Shown one piece after another: positions 17,816 through 31,141 of a stretch of DNA of 64,000 nt; within the stretch, counting starts at the first letter, position 1, and each line of letters opens with the position of its first letter. Below the pieces are notes generated by a model, which was not told where the DNA came from, searched no databases, and saw nothing but the letters and a program-made list of their open reading frames with translations. Source of the stretch: an uncultured Chloroflexia bacterium. GTDB taxonomy: Bacteria; Chloroflexota; Limnocylindria; QHBO01. The stretch is taken from NCBI GenBank assembly GCA_963750025.1, contig CAVVPF010000022.1, forward strand, positions 7,884 to 71,883. Direction: 5' to 3'. The translations under genes and the position numbers were made by a program.

Positions 17816-20457
17816 CGTGGCCCCCCCACCCGGCGCGGCTCCCCGCGCCCGCGCCGCACGACGCGTGGGACCGCCGCCCGCGCGGCCGCGGAGTCGATCA
17901 TCGGCAGGCGCCTGCGGCGAATGCCATCGAAGGCGTGGAGTGCGCCCGCCACGGCGGCTGCCGTCGGCACCAGCACGGCCTCACCGGCGCCCTTGGCGCC
18001 ATACGGCCCTTCGGCCTGCGGCTCCTCGATCAGGATGCACTCGACCGGGGGCATGCCGGCGGCCGGGATGATGTTCAGGGACTTGAGCGTATCGGTCACC
18101 GGTACGCCGCGGTCGACCACGAACTCCTCGGACAGCGCGTAGCCGAGGCCCATGTGGACGCCGCCCTCGACCTGGCCCTCCAGTGCCAGCGGGTTGATCG
18201 CGCGGCCCACGTCGTGGGCGGCCACGACCCTGGCCAGGCGCCCCTCGTCGTCAAGAATGACGACCTGGGTAGCCCAGCCGTAGGCCAGGTGGGTCATCGG
18301 TTCGGGGTCGCCTTCGCGCAGCTCGGTCGTCCAGTCGACCACGAACTCGCCGGGGAACTCCCGCCCAGCGAGCTCCTCCAGCCCCTGGTCGCCCCGCGCG
18401 AGATTCAGGCGCCGGGCAGCGTCGAGCACGGCCTGGCCACCCAGCACGGTGGCGCGGGATGCGGTCGTCTCGCCTGTGTCGAGCTCGTGCTCGGTGTCGA
18501 CCACGACCCGGATGCGGTCCACGGGGATCTGCAGCTCCTCGGCGGCGATCTGGGCCAGGGCGGTATGGATCCCCTGCCCCATCTCGGTCCAGGAGTGGAA
18601 CAGCGTCAGCGTGCCGTCTGCCTCCGGGCGCAGGATGGCGCGACCTCGTTCGGCCATGCCGTTCCCGATGCCGGTGTTCTTCGCACCGCAGGCGATTCCC
18701 GCGTAACGGGCGGACCGATAGGCGTCGCGTACCGCCAGCAGCGTCCGCCGCAGGCCTACACCGGAGGTCAGCCGCTGACCGGTTCCGAACCGATCGCCGA
18801 CCGCCATCGCGTTCCGCCAGCGGATCTCCCAGCCGTCGATACCGACGCGCTCGGCGAGGACGTCGAGCAGCCCCTCCAGCGCGAAGGTGACCTGCGGCAC
18901 GCCGAATCCGCGCATCGCCCCGGCAGGTGGGTTGTTGGTGTAGACCGCGCGCGCTTCCACGTCGACGTTCGGGACCCGGTATGCACCGCAGGCGTGGCCC
19001 GCCGCGCGCTCGAGGACCTTGGCCCCCACGCTGGCGTAAGCGCCGGTGTCACCGATGATCCGGGCGCGAACGGCCACCACGTGGCCCTCGGCATCGCAGC
19101 CCACCGTGTAGGTGAGGTTCATCGGGTGGCGCTTGGGGTGGAGGCGAAGGCTTTCCCGTCGCGACAGGGCCAGCAGCACCGGCCGCGCGCTGAGGAAGGC
19201 GAGGAGCGATGCCTGCGCCTGGACCGAGAGGTCCTCCTTACCGCCGAATGCGCCACCGGTGGCGACCTGCGAGACCCGGATCGATGCCTCGGGGAGTGCC
19301 AGGAACGCGGCGAGCTGGCGCCGGTCCTCCCAGGCGCCCTGCCCCTGTGAGAAGACGCGGAGTCGCGGGGCGTCGCCGTCGCCCGACGCCGCCTCCGGCA
19401 CGGCCAGCACCGCCTCCGGCTCCAGGAAGGCGTGCTCGATGCGCTGAGTGTAGAAGGTGTCCGATGCGACGTGTGCCGCGTTTGCCAGCGCGGCCTCCAC
19501 GTCGCCGCGCCGAACGACTGAGGTGGACAGCAGGTTGCCACCCGGGTGGATGCGCGGCGCATCGGGCTCGAGCGCCTCCTCGGGGTCGACCAGGGGGGTG
19601 AGGACCTCGTACTCGACTCGGACCAGCTCGGCGGCCTCGCGTGCCGCGGAGCGCGTCTCGGCGGCGACGGCCGCCAGCACGTCGCCTACGTAGCGGGTCT
19701 CCTCCCCCTCGGCCACGAACGGCGGCCAGTCGCGCTCGATGAGGCCACAGAATCGCTCGCCGGGCACGTCGCGCCAGGTCACCACGCGCACCACGCCCGG
19801 ATACGCCTCGGCGGTCGCGGTGTCGATGCGCAGCACGGTGGCCCGAGGATGATCCGAGAAGCGCAGGGCGCCGTGCACCATCCCGGGGACGTGCATGTCG
19901 GCCACGAACGGGTGCTCGCCGAGAACCTGCTCCCGCCCGGCGTACTTCGGGACGCGACGGCCCACCGCCCCCGGTCTCCCATCGGTTTCGGCCGGCCGTA
20001 CCCCGCGCCGGCGTGCGGCCACGTCCTCGATGGCGTCGATCACCTTGACGTAGCCAGTGCAGCGGCAGACGTTGCCGGCCAGCGCCCGGGCGATCTCGTC
20101 GCGGGACGGTTCCAGCGTGCGGGCGAGAAGTGCCTCGGCCTTCATGACGATCCCCGGCGAGCAGAAGCCGCACTGCGACGCGCCGCCTCGCACGAACGCA
20201 TCGGCCCAGTCGGCCCGGCGTTCAGCGGACAGCCCTTCCAGGGTGCGCACCTCGCGATCCTGGAAGCGCGAAGCCGGCTGGGCACAGGAGACCACCGCGC
20301 GCCCGTCGACGATGACGGTGCAGGCGCCGCAGGAGCCTTCCGGCGCGCAGCCGTCCTTCATGGAGCTGAGGCCGCACTGCTCACGGAGCAGCTGGAGCAG
20401 GCTCTCGCCCGGTCGCTCCTCGACCGTGACCCGCTCCTCGTTAATCGTCAGCTGCAT
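17812..20457 (-). CDS. Fused [2Fe-2S] + molybdopterin-binding hydroxylase (XdhD-like, xanthine dehydrogenase family)
   Basis: N-terminal '[13 protein letters not shown]' and 'QCGFCSPG...CRCTGY', then a large Mo-cofactor domain ('GGAFGGKED'). There is no FAD-binding domain or subunit nearby. ATGA overlap with ssnA. Confidence 0.9.
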   Translation of the reverse strand: MQLTINEERVTVEERPGESLLQLLREQCGLSSMKDGCAPEGSCGACTVIVDGRAVVSCAQPASRFQDREVRTLEGLSAERRADWADAFVRGGASQCGFCSPGIVMKAEALLARTLEPSRDEIARALAGNVCRCTGYVKVIDAIEDVAARRRGVRPAETDGRPGAVGRRVPKYAGREQVLGEHPFVADMHVPGMVHGALRFSDHPRATVLRIDTATAEAYPGVVRVVTWRDVPGERFCGLIERDWPPFVAEGEETRYVGDVLAAVAAETRSAAREAAELVRVEYEVLTPLVDPEEALEPDAPRIHPGGNLLSTSVVRRGDVEAALANAAHVASDTFYTQRIEHAFLEPEAVLAVPEAASGDGDAPRLRVFSQGQGAWEDRRQLAAFLALPEASIRVSQVATGGAFGGKEDLSVQAQASLLAFLSARPVLLALSRRESLRLHPKRHPMNLTYTVGCDAEGHVVAVRARIIGDTGAYASVGAKVLERAAGHACGAYRVPNVDVEARAVYTNNPPAGAMRGFGVPQVTFALEGLLDVLAERVGIDGWEIRWRNAMAVGDRFGTGQRLTSGVGLRRTLLAVRDAYRSARYAGIACGAKNTGIGNGMAERGRAILRPEADGTLTLFHSWTEMGQGIHTALAQIAAEELQIPVDRIRVVVDTEHELDTGETTASRATVLGGQAVLDAARRLNLARGDQGLEELAGREFPGEFVVDWTTELREGDPEPMTHLAYGWATQVVILDDEGRLARVVAAHDVGRAINPLALEGQVEGGVHMGLGYALSEEFVVDRGVPVTDTLKSLNIIPAAGMPPVECILIEEPQAEGPYGAKGAGEAVLVPTAAAVAGALHAFDGIRRRRLPMIDSAAARAAVPRVVRRGRGEPRRVGGPR

Positions 20458-20603
20458 TCGGTCGCCTCAGCCCGCCGCGGGCGGGCCATGTGGCCCTATG
20501 CCCTGCGGCCGTTCCCTCACGACTCTATGGGGGCGGCACGGAACGGGGGTGTGCCGTTCGTCCTGAGGTACAGGGCCGTCGGTCCCCATTCTGGAGAGGA
20601 TGC

Positions 20604-23505
<2,902 letters not shown>

Positions 23506-23509
<4 letters not shown>

Positions 23510-24459
23510 GGAGCTTCCTTGGTCGCGACATCCTGACGTTGAAGGACTTCAGCCGCGAGGACTTCTTCCGCGTCTTCGAGGTCGCGAACGACCTGCGACC
23601 GCACGCTCGCGATCGGCGCAACGGCGACCTGCTCAAGAACAAGACGCTGCTGACGGCGTTCTACCAGCCAAGCACCCGCACGCGCCTCTCGACCGAGGCC
23701 GCCATGCACCGCCTCGGCGGAGGCGTGCTCGGCTTCAGCGACGCGAAGATGACCCGGGCCGGCGACTTCTACCAGGAGTCTCTCAAGGACACCTTCCGCA
23801 TGCTCGAGTCATACGCGGACGTCATCGCCATCCGGCACTTCCAGGAGGGCGCGCCCGCGGAGGCGGCGAAGTGGTCATCGGTCCCGATCATCAACTGTGG
23901 TGACGGCTGGGGGCAGCACCCGACCCAGGTGCTGACCGACCTCTACACCATCCTGCTCGAGCGAGGGACACTGGACGGGCTGACGTACCTGCTCGTCGGC
24001 GACATGCGGATGCGGACGATGCACTCCATCCTGCACGCCCTGTCGCAGTTCGACGCCGAGGCGATCGTCGTCTCGCCGCCGGACATGTCGCTCCGTCCCG
24101 AGTTCAAGGCGGAGCTCGACGAGATGAGCGTGGCCTATCGCGAGGCGAAGGCGGTCGCCGACGTCATCGGTGAGGCGGACATCATCTACATGGAGCCGGT
24201 CGTGCAGGCCGACTACACGCAGTCACGCGTGGAGCGCAGCGCCGAGGTGGGGCTCACGCCGGTCGCCTACCAGGTCACCGCGGAGCTGATGCGCACGAAG
24301 GCGAAGCGGAGCTCGATCATCCTGCACTCCCTGCCACGCATGGACGAGCTGACCGCGGACGTCGACGAGACGCGCCACCAGCGCTACTGGGTCGAGGCCT
24401 CGAACGGCGTCGTGCTGCGCATGGCGCTGCTGGCCCTCGTCCTGGGCGCAGCAGAGTAG
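23506..24459 (+). CDS. Aspartate-carbamoyltransferase-like carbamoyltransferase with a non-canonical second-substrate site
   Basis: 'STRTR', 'HPTQ' and 'HSLPR' are present. The PyrB 'RxQxER' segment is replaced by 'YMEPVVQADY'. Confidence 0.85.
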
Positions 24460-24471
24460 GAGGACGGATCG

Positions 24472-25449
24472 ATGCAGACCGGGCTTCGTGGCCGCGACCT
24501 GATCAGCCTCTCCGAGTGGACGACCGAGGAGATCGACACCATCCTGGAGGTGGCGTCTCAGCTGAAGCGCGAGCGCGCGCTGGGGATCCCGCATCCCCTG
24601 CTGCGTGACCGCGTGCTGGCGATGCTCTTTTTCTTCAGCTCCACGCGCACCCGCGCCAGCTTCGAGGCCGGCATGGCGCAGCTGGGCGGGCACGCCCAGT
24701 TCATCGAGAGCCGCACGACCCAGATCGCCCACGGCGACACGGCCAGGGAGATCGGCGAGATTCTGGGCCGCTACAACGACGGGATCGCCATCCGGCACGT
24801 CGACTGGGGCGAGGGCAACCGCTACATCCGCGAGGTGGCCGAGGCGTCGCGGGTGCCGGTCCTGAACATGCAGTGCGACCTCTACCACCCCCACCAGGTC
24901 CTGGCCGACCTGATGACGATCCGCGAGAAGATCGGCAACCCACGCGGCCGGACGATCACCGTCTCGTGGGCGTACGCCGCCTCCTACCAGAAGCCGATCA
25001 GCGTGCCGCAGGACCTCATCCTGCTCGCCACCCGCTACGGCATGAACGTGCGGCTGGTCCACCCACCGGAGTTCAAGCTGATGCCCGAGATCGTCGATGC
25101 CGCGGTCGAGAACGCGCGCCGCTCGGGGGGCTCGCTCGAGCTGATGGACGACTTCGACGCGGGATTCCGCGGCTCGCACATCGTGTACGCCAAGTCCTGG
25201 GGCGCCCTGCTGACGGCCAAGGATGAGGCCGATGGCGCCGCCATCGCGAAGCGCTACACCGACTGGATCACCGATGAGCGGCGCATCTCCCTGGCCGCCG
25301 AAGACGCGATGTACATGCACCCGCTGCCGGCCGACCGGAACATCGAGGTGACCGATGCGGTGATCGATGGCCCGCACTCGGTCGTCTACGACCAGGCGGA
25401 GAACCGGCTGCACGTCCAGAAGGCCGTGATGGCCCTGACGATGGGCTGA
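24472..25449 (+). CDS. ygeW: YgeW-like carbamoyltransferase
   Basis: 'SSTRTR', 'TQIAHGDT', 'MQCDLYHPHQVLADL', 'WAYAASYQKPISVPQ' and 'YMHPLPAD' parallel E. coli YgeW rather than ArgF or PyrB. Confidence 0.85.
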   Translation: MQTGLRGRDLISLSEWTTEEIDTILEVASQLKRERALGIPHPLLRDRVLAMLFFFSSTRTRASFEAGMAQLGGHAQFIESRTTQIAHGDTAREIGEILGRYNDGIAIRHVDWGEGNRYIREVAEASRVPVLNMQCDLYHPHQVLADLMTIREKIGNPRGRTITVSWAYAASYQKPISVPQDLILLATRYGMNVRLVHPPEFKLMPEIVDAAVENARRSGGSLELMDDFDAGFRGSHIVYAKSWGALLTAKDEADGAAIAKRYTDWITDERRISLAAEDAMYMHPLPADRNIEVTDAVIDGPHSVVYDQAENRLHVQKAVMALTMG

Positions 25450-25460
25450 GGAGACGACCG

Positions 25461-26408
25461 ATGGCCAAGTCCGTGCTGGTGGTTGCCATTGGCGGCAACT
25501 CGCTGATCAAGGATCCACAGCACATGAGCGTGCCGGATCAGTATCGCGCGCTCGGCGAGACGAGCGGGCACATCGCCCGCATCATCAAGGACGGCTGGCA
25601 GGTGGCCATCGGCCACGGCAACGGCCCGCAGGTGGGCTTCATCCTGCGCCGTTCCGAGCTCGCGGCCCACGAGCTGCACGAGGTGCCGCTCGACGTGTGC
25701 GACGCCGACACCCAGGGCGCTATAGGCTATGAGCTGCAGCAGAACCTGGGGCACGACTTCCGACGGATGCGGGTCGACCGCCAGGCGGTCACCGTCGTGA
25801 CGCAGGTCGAGGTCGATCCCGACGACCCCGCGTTCCAGCACCCGAGCAAGCCGATCGGCTCGTTCATGGACGAGGCCCAGGCGCGGCAGCGGGCCGAGCG
25901 TGATGGGTGGGTCGTGCGCGAGGACGCGGGGCGCGGCTGGCGGAGGGTGGTCGCCTCTCCGCGGCCGTTGCGGATCGTCGAGGAGCGGGCTGTCAAAGCG
26001 CTGCTGCGGGACGACTTCGTGGTGATCACCGTGGGCGGCGGCGGCATCCCGGTCGTCACCGATGAGCACGGGGACCTGCGCGGAGTCGCCGCCGTGATCG
26101 ACAAGGACTTTGCCTCGGCGCTGCTGGCGGTCACCATCCGCGCCGACGTGTTCATGATCACGACCGCGATCGACCGCGTGGCGCTCGACTGGGGACGCCC
26201 GGAGCAGCGCTGGGTCGGCCGCCTAACGCTCGCCGAGGCGAAGGTCTACCTGGCCGAGGGCACCCACTTCGCGTCGGGGAGCATGGCGCCGAAGATCGAG
26301 GCCTGTATCGAGTTCCTCGAGCACGGCGGCGGCGAGGCGGTCATCACCAGCCCGGAGAACATGGAGCGAGCGTTGGCCGGCGAGGCGGGAACGCGGATCG
26401 TCGCCTGA
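25461..26408 (+). CDS. arcC: Carbamate kinase
   Basis: Contains 'VVAIGGNSL...HGNGPQVG...', 'GGGGIPV' and 'DKDFASALLA', the typical carbamate kinase (ArcC/YqeA) layout. Confidence 0.9.
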   Translation: MAKSVLVVAIGGNSLIKDPQHMSVPDQYRALGETSGHIARIIKDGWQVAIGHGNGPQVGFILRRSELAAHELHEVPLDVCDADTQGAIGYELQQNLGHDFRRMRVDRQAVTVVTQVEVDPDDPAFQHPSKPIGSFMDEAQARQRAERDGWVVREDAGRGWRRVVASPRPLRIVEERAVKALLRDDFVVITVGGGGIPVVTDEHGDLRGVAAVIDKDFASALLAVTIRADVFMITTAIDRVALDWGRPEQRWVGRLTLAEAKVYLAEGTHFASGSMAPKIEACIEFLEHGGGEAVITSPENMERALAGEAGTRIVA

Positions 26409-26409
26409 G

Positions 26410-26584
26410 TCCGGGGGCAGGGCGTCGGCGACGATGCGGGGTTGGTTGGGGTGGAGACAACGGAGGGCGAGGGTGTCGTGGTCGATGTGCCACCAGAGCA
26501 CGCCGTGACGACGAGCGCGAGGACGACGGTGAGGATGACGAGCAGCTGACGCAGGAGGTCTTGCGGCACGCGCAAGAGGTTCAT
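26410..26584 (-). pseudogene. Orphan 5' fragment of a lipoprotein gene
   Basis: 'MNLLRVPQDLLRQLLVILTVVLALVVTAC|SGGTSTTTPSPS...' has a signal peptide, lipobox and S/T/P linker. After about 58 codons the frame runs antisense into arcC. Confidence 0.4.
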
Positions 26585-26585
26585 C

Positions 26586-27113
26586 CCGAGGCTGGTTTCA
26601 CCGAGGATGCACCGCGACGCGACCTCTGCCAACGCCTTCCTAACCGATCTCGCTTCGCGTCTCCGCACACGGGTCCAGCTCACCACAGACGGTCACCGCC
26701 CCTATCTCGATGCCGTCGAGCGGGCGTTCGGTGGGGATGTGGACTTCGCGCAGCTCGTCAAGTTCTACGGAACGGAGCCGGGCGAAGAGCGCAAGTTCAG
26801 CCCGCCAGTCGTCCTCTCCGAAGAGGTCCGCGTCATTCAGGGCCAGCCCGACCCGGAGAAGATCAGCACTTCCGGCGTCGAGCGCCAGAACCTCACCATG
26901 CGGATGGGCATGCGCCGCTTCACCCGCCTGACCAACGGCTCCTCAAAGAAAGCTGAGAATCACGCGGCAGCGATCAGCCTCCACTACATGTACGTCAACT
27001 TCGCTCGGCCCCACAAGAGCCTCGCTAACCCGTACCCCCGGACCCCGGCGATGGCGGCTGGTATCGCGGATCACATCTGGACCTGCGAAGAGATCGCCGA
27101 CCTGCTCGACTGA
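26586..27113 (+). mobile_element. 5'-truncated IS1-family transposase (C-terminal half only)
   Basis: 'QLTTDGHRPY...VERQNLTMRMGMRRFTRLTNGSSKKAENH...RTPAMAAGIADHIWTCEEIADLLD*' is paralogous to 2361-3210. The HTH and the first catalytic region are missing. Confidence 0.7.
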
Positions 27114-27140
27114 CAGCCCCCTGCGGCACGATACTGGAGT

Positions 27141-27674
27141 GTGAGCCAGATGTTGCGGCCCATTGGGATTGCCTTCGCGCTCGGGTTGATCGCGGCGGGC
27201 GCCGTGGCCCAGGTGGCGACAGCTTCCCTCGTGCTTGCGCTCACACCTTCGAGCGGGCCGAGCGGAACGATGGTCCGCGGCGCGACGATCGGGAGCGGCG
27301 CGGTTCTACTCGCGAGGAACGAACGGCTGCCGCTGTTCCTCATCCCCGACGCCGCCGCGAATGACGTACACGATTCGTCCGACAGGCGCCTCATCAGTGT
27401 CGGCGAGCTGGTAGTGAACGATGCCGGCGACGGGACAGCATCATTCGCCATTCCTGACGTTTCGCCCGACGCCTACACCGTGATGGTCTATTGCGAGCCA
27501 TGCGCGCCGTCGAGCGCGGGAAGGACCATGCTCTCGGTCGGAGAGCTACGGGTAACGCCAACGCTGCCCGGTACCGATTCCGAGGCAAACTGGCGAGGCA
27601 TCCTCGTCGGACTCCTACTCGCCATCGCGGCGGCCGCGACTCTTGTGGTGGTCAAGCGGCGCTCACCAAACTGA
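27141..27674 (+). CDS. Secreted protein with a C-terminal membrane anchor
   Basis: N-terminal signal-like helix and C-terminal 'ILVGLLLAIAAAATLVVVKRR'. No known domain. Confidence 0.6.
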   Translation: MSQMLRPIGIAFALGLIAAGAVAQVATASLVLALTPSSGPSGTMVRGATIGSGAVLLARNERLPLFLIPDAAANDVHDSSDRRLISVGELVVNDAGDGTASFAIPDVSPDAYTVMVYCEPCAPSSAGRTMLSVGELRVTPTLPGTDSEANWRGILVGLLLAIAAAATLVVVKRRSPN

Positions 27675-27752
27675 AACACTACCCGACAGTCCGTCACAGC
27701 GCCCGCTCCCATTTCTGAAGAACCGATCCGCTCCGATCCTGAAAGGAACCCG

Positions 27753-30053
27753 ATGAGCCACTTCTTCACGGGCCTCGGGCAATTCTCGGTTCGCTTTCGC
27801 TTCCTGATCGTCGTCGCCTGGATCGTCGTCACGGTCCTTGCGGTCCGCTTCCTGCCGTCCCTCGCTGATGTCGCCCAGGACACCACCAGCGGCTTCCTCC
27901 CCGCGGACTCCCCCAGCATGCGGGCGGCCGCCATGGCAGCACCCTTCCAGGGCGACTCGTTCGCCGTCGCGACGCTGGTGGTGGCCCGCGACGGGGCGCT
28001 GACCGCGGAGGACAACGCCGCGGTCGACCGGCTCGAATCACGGATCGGCGGCCTCGACAAGGTCAAGCAGGTCATCGACTTCGGTATCTCGCAGGACGGC
28101 GGGGCGCGCCAGGCGCTGCTCCAGCTGACCGTGGTCGCCTTCAGCGGCGGCGCCGAGGCGCAGGGAGTGATCGACGCCATCCGATCGACCTTCGACGACC
28201 CCTCGCTGCCGACTGGCCTCGACGCGCACCTGACCGGCCAGCTGGCGGCGCAGCTCGATGCGATCAAGGCGTCGGGTTCGTCGCAGGACCAGACCCAGCA
28301 GTTCTCGCTCCTATTCATCGTCGTGCTGCTCCTGCTCGCCTTCCGAGCCCTGCTCGCGCCACTCGTGACGCTGATCCCCGCGGCCTTCGTCCTCGTCCTC
28401 TCCGGGCCGGTCATCGCCGAGTCGACGAAGATCGGCATCCCGGTCTCGTCGATCACCGAGCTCCTGCTCATCGTGCTCATCCTGGGAGCGGGCACGGACT
28501 ACGGTGTCTTCCTGGTCTTCCGGGTGCGCGAGGAGCTTCGACGCGGCCTGACGCCGCACCAAGCGGTGATTCGGTCGGTGAGCCGGGTCGGAGAGTCGAT
28601 CACTTTCTCGGCCTTCACCGTCATCGCCGCGCTGGTGAGCCTGGTCCTGGCCGAGTTTGCCTTCTACCAGAGCCTCGGACCGGCGCTGGCGATCGGTATC
28701 GCCCTGATGCTGGTGGCCGGGCTGACGCTGCTGCCGGCGTTGCTCGCCATCTTCGGTCGGGCGGTATTTTGGCCGAGCGGCACGTCACCGCGGAGCCGGG
28801 AACGGCCCGGCATCTGGGACCGGATAGGCGTGATTGCAACGAGGCGACCCGGGGTGACGCTGGTGGCCGGTCTTGTGCTCTTCGGCGGCCTGGGTGCCAC
28901 CCTGCTGACGACCAGCATCGCCGGCTTCGGCAGCGCCCCGACCAGCCCGAGCGGGACCGATTCGGCGGCCGGCACGGCGCTGATCGAGGCCCACTTCCCG
29001 TCATCCGAGACGAGCCGAAGCGCAGTTTTGCTGCAGTTCCCGTCATCGGTCTGGGACGACCCATCGGTCCTCGCTCCGGCCCAGGAGGGCCTCGCCGGCC
29101 TGACGGAATTCACCGGCCTGGGCGGACCGCTGAACCCGAATGGGGTTCCCCTGACCACCGATCAGCTGACGCAGCTCCACGCCACCCTCGGCCCGGCCCA
29201 GCAGCTCCCACCGGTGCCGACCACCACCGAGGTCCCGACCGATCTCTACAACGCCTACCGGGCGACAGGCCGGCTGATCAGCCTCGACGGCCACACGATC
29301 CAGTTCTCGGTGCAGTTCGGCACCGGCGATGCCCTGAGCCCGGCGGCGCTCGAGACCGTGCCCGCCGCGCGCGCCGACGTCGATCGCGTGGCCCAGGCGG
29401 CAGGAGCGTCGGCGAGCGGAGTCTTCGGACAGATCGCCTTCGCCTATGACGTGAGTCACATCTCCAGCACCGACCTGGCCCGGATCATCCCGATCGTGGC
29501 GGTGCTGATCGCCCTGCTGCTCGCTATCGTGCTCCGCAGCCTGGTCGCGCCGGTCTACCTGGTGGCGAGCATCGTCCTGTCGTACGTCGCGGCGCTGGGG
29601 CTGGTCGGCATCGCCTTCGTCCATCTCGGCGGGCAGGACGGGATCAATTTCATCCTGCCGTTCCTGATGTTCGTCTTCCTGATGGCCCTAGGATCCGACT
29701 ACAACATCCTGATCATGAGCCGCATCCGAGAGGAGGCCCATGAGTTGCCACTGCGCGATGCGGTGGCGCGAGCGATCGGGCGGACGGGCAGCACCATCAC
29801 CACGGCCGGCATGATCCTGGGAGGCACCTTCGCGGTGCTTGCCGTCGCGGGTGGCTCGGCGGGAGGCGGCCAGATCCAGCAGATCGGCTACGGCGTCGCG
29901 GCGGGCGTCTTGATGGATACCTTCCTCCTGCGATCGCTGCTCGTGCCGTCGCTGGTGGTCCTGCTAGGTCGCTGGAACTGGTGGCCGTCGCATCTGGCAC
30001 GGACACCCGACCACGACCCATCGGCCGCCCTAGATCCGGACGTAAGGATCTAG
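27753..30053 (+). CDS. MMPL-family (RND superfamily) membrane transporter
   Basis: 766 aa with two 6-TM bundles and two periplasmic domains. It has the typical MMPL N-terminus 'FTGLGQFSVRFRFLIVVAWIVV' and 'GTDYGVFLVFRVREE / GSDYNILIMSRIREE'. Confidence 0.9.
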   Translation: MSHFFTGLGQFSVRFRFLIVVAWIVVTVLAVRFLPSLADVAQDTTSGFLPADSPSMRAAAMAAPFQGDSFAVATLVVARDGALTAEDNAAVDRLESRIGGLDKVKQVIDFGISQDGGARQALLQLTVVAFSGGAEAQGVIDAIRSTFDDPSLPTGLDAHLTGQLAAQLDAIKASGSSQDQTQQFSLLFIVVLLLLAFRALLAPLVTLIPAAFVLVLSGPVIAESTKIGIPVSSITELLLIVLILGAGTDYGVFLVFRVREELRRGLTPHQAVIRSVSRVGESITFSAFTVIAALVSLVLAEFAFYQSLGPALAIGIALMLVAGLTLLPALLAIFGRAVFWPSGTSPRSRERPGIWDRIGVIATRRPGVTLVAGLVLFGGLGATLLTTSIAGFGSAPTSPSGTDSAAGTALIEAHFPSSETSRSAVLLQFPSSVWDDPSVLAPAQEGLAGLTEFTGLGGPLNPNGVPLTTDQLTQLHATLGPAQQLPPVPTTTEVPTDLYNAYRATGRLISLDGHTIQFSVQFGTGDALSPAALETVPAARADVDRVAQAAGASASGVFGQIAFAYDVSHISSTDLARIIPIVAVLIALLLAIVLRSLVAPVYLVASIVLSYVAALGLVGIAFVHLGGQDGINFILPFLMFVFLMALGSDYNILIMSRIREEAHELPLRDAVARAIGRTGSTITTAGMILGGTFAVLAVAGGSAGGGQIQQIGYGVAAGVLMDTFLLRSLLVPSLVVLLGRWNWWPSHLARTPDHDPSAALDPDVRI

Positions 30054-30688
30054 ACGAGGACGCGGACACGGATCAGCGTGAGGCAGGACCGGGATCGCCT
30101 GGCATAGTCACCGGACGTCGACATCGGAACCCCCACGATGACCTGCTCGTGCCCGTCGAGTGGTTGGCTCGCAACGCTTGGTGTCGCTGTGTGCAGCGGG
30201 ATACTGTTGGAGCCAGTAGTGCTCAAAAGCACCTCCTTCTGATCGGCCCGAGAGCGGGACCACGCGAAGCACGAATCGGACGGTACTCGGGGGCTGCCTT
30301 TTTGGGACGGGTCGGCGCGGGCCGGCGCCGACCGCTCGGACCTCCCGGCCAGCTCGTCGGCCCTGGAGTCTTGGGAGTCGCTGACGGACCGTCGGACAGG
30401 GTGTCCGCCCCGTCGGCCCGCCCACCTGGTAAGCCGACGGTAAGGGCCGGCCGCGCTTTGGCATGGGACAAGGGCGACGGTGAACGCTGCGAAGCGGTGG
30501 GATCTCCGGAGGAATCCGCCTTATGTCGGAGTTGCGCGACCGCGTCAAGCGCGACGCGGTAAGGCTCGGATAAGCGGCGCGGGGCTAGTCTCCCTGCTGG
30601 CCGGGTATCCGTGGCAGCGTGGCCAGCCGCGAGGGGATGGCGAGGGGGTGGCGTGGGCTGGTTGGGATGCACGGTGCGAGTCTCGGGG

Positions 30689-31141
30689 TTACTCGCCGCG
30701 TGCCCGCGAGGCAATGAAGGCGATGGCGACATCCGCCCCAAGAATCCGACCAACCTCGACCCGAACGTCCGCGTAGGGTCTGAACAGGTCGCTTATGAAG
30801 GCGCGCAGGGTGCCCTGAAGGCTGGCATCGACTGACCAGCTCTCACCAGCTGGAACCGCCAGGACCTTGTGGTCGATCTCGTCGTTTTCGATCTGCTCCA
30901 GGAGGCCCACTGGCTCGGCTCTCACGATCGTGCCGCTCCGGATCCGCTCAGCAGTCAGCACAAAGCAATCGACCGCACTTCCGTCGTCCGTAATCGTGCC
31001 CAGGATGAAGCCGTAGGGAAACGGGTAGGCAGCTGAGACCCGGCGCTCGGACCGCAGCTCCAATGTCGTCTCGTCGAAGACCCGTCGGACGTTCGAACCC
31101 GCCTCCGATTCCACGAAGACCCGCACTGTCGTATCGGTCAT
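30689..31141 (-). CDS. Family-I inorganic pyrophosphatase-like protein with a variant active site
   Basis: 'YPFPYGFILGTITDDGSAVDCFVL' compares with the canonical 'YPxNYGFIPxTxxxDGDPxDxLVL', so the second Asp is Ser. 'DHKVLAV' is retained. Confidence 0.6.
   Translation of the reverse strand: MTDTTVRVFVESEAGSNVRRVFDETTLELRSERRVSAAYPFPYGFILGTITDDGSAVDCFVLTAERIRSGTIVRAEPVGLLEQIENDEIDHKVLAVPAGESWSVDASLQGTLRAFISDLFRPYADVRVEVGRILGADVAIAFIASRARGE

Noticed and set aside
17812-20457. Selenocysteine (in-frame TGA) or direct evidence of selenium dependence in the hydroxylase cluster.
   Set aside because: All cluster ORFs are uninterrupted without TGA recoding. No selD, selA, selB, yqeB or yqeC lies in the window. 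Selenium dependence is only an analogy to the E. coli-type neighbourhood.
30054-30688. RNase P RNA, tmRNA, SRP RNA or a cobalamin riboswitch in the large non-coding gap. The same question was asked of 53320-53745.
   Set aside because: The hallmark strings were not found on either strand: GAGGAAAGTCCGG, the tmRNA 5' GGGGCTGA...tRNA-like 3' end, the SRP GGAAGCAGCC-type loop and the B12 box. The GTCCGGAAGG at about 53418 has no surrounding SRP helix.
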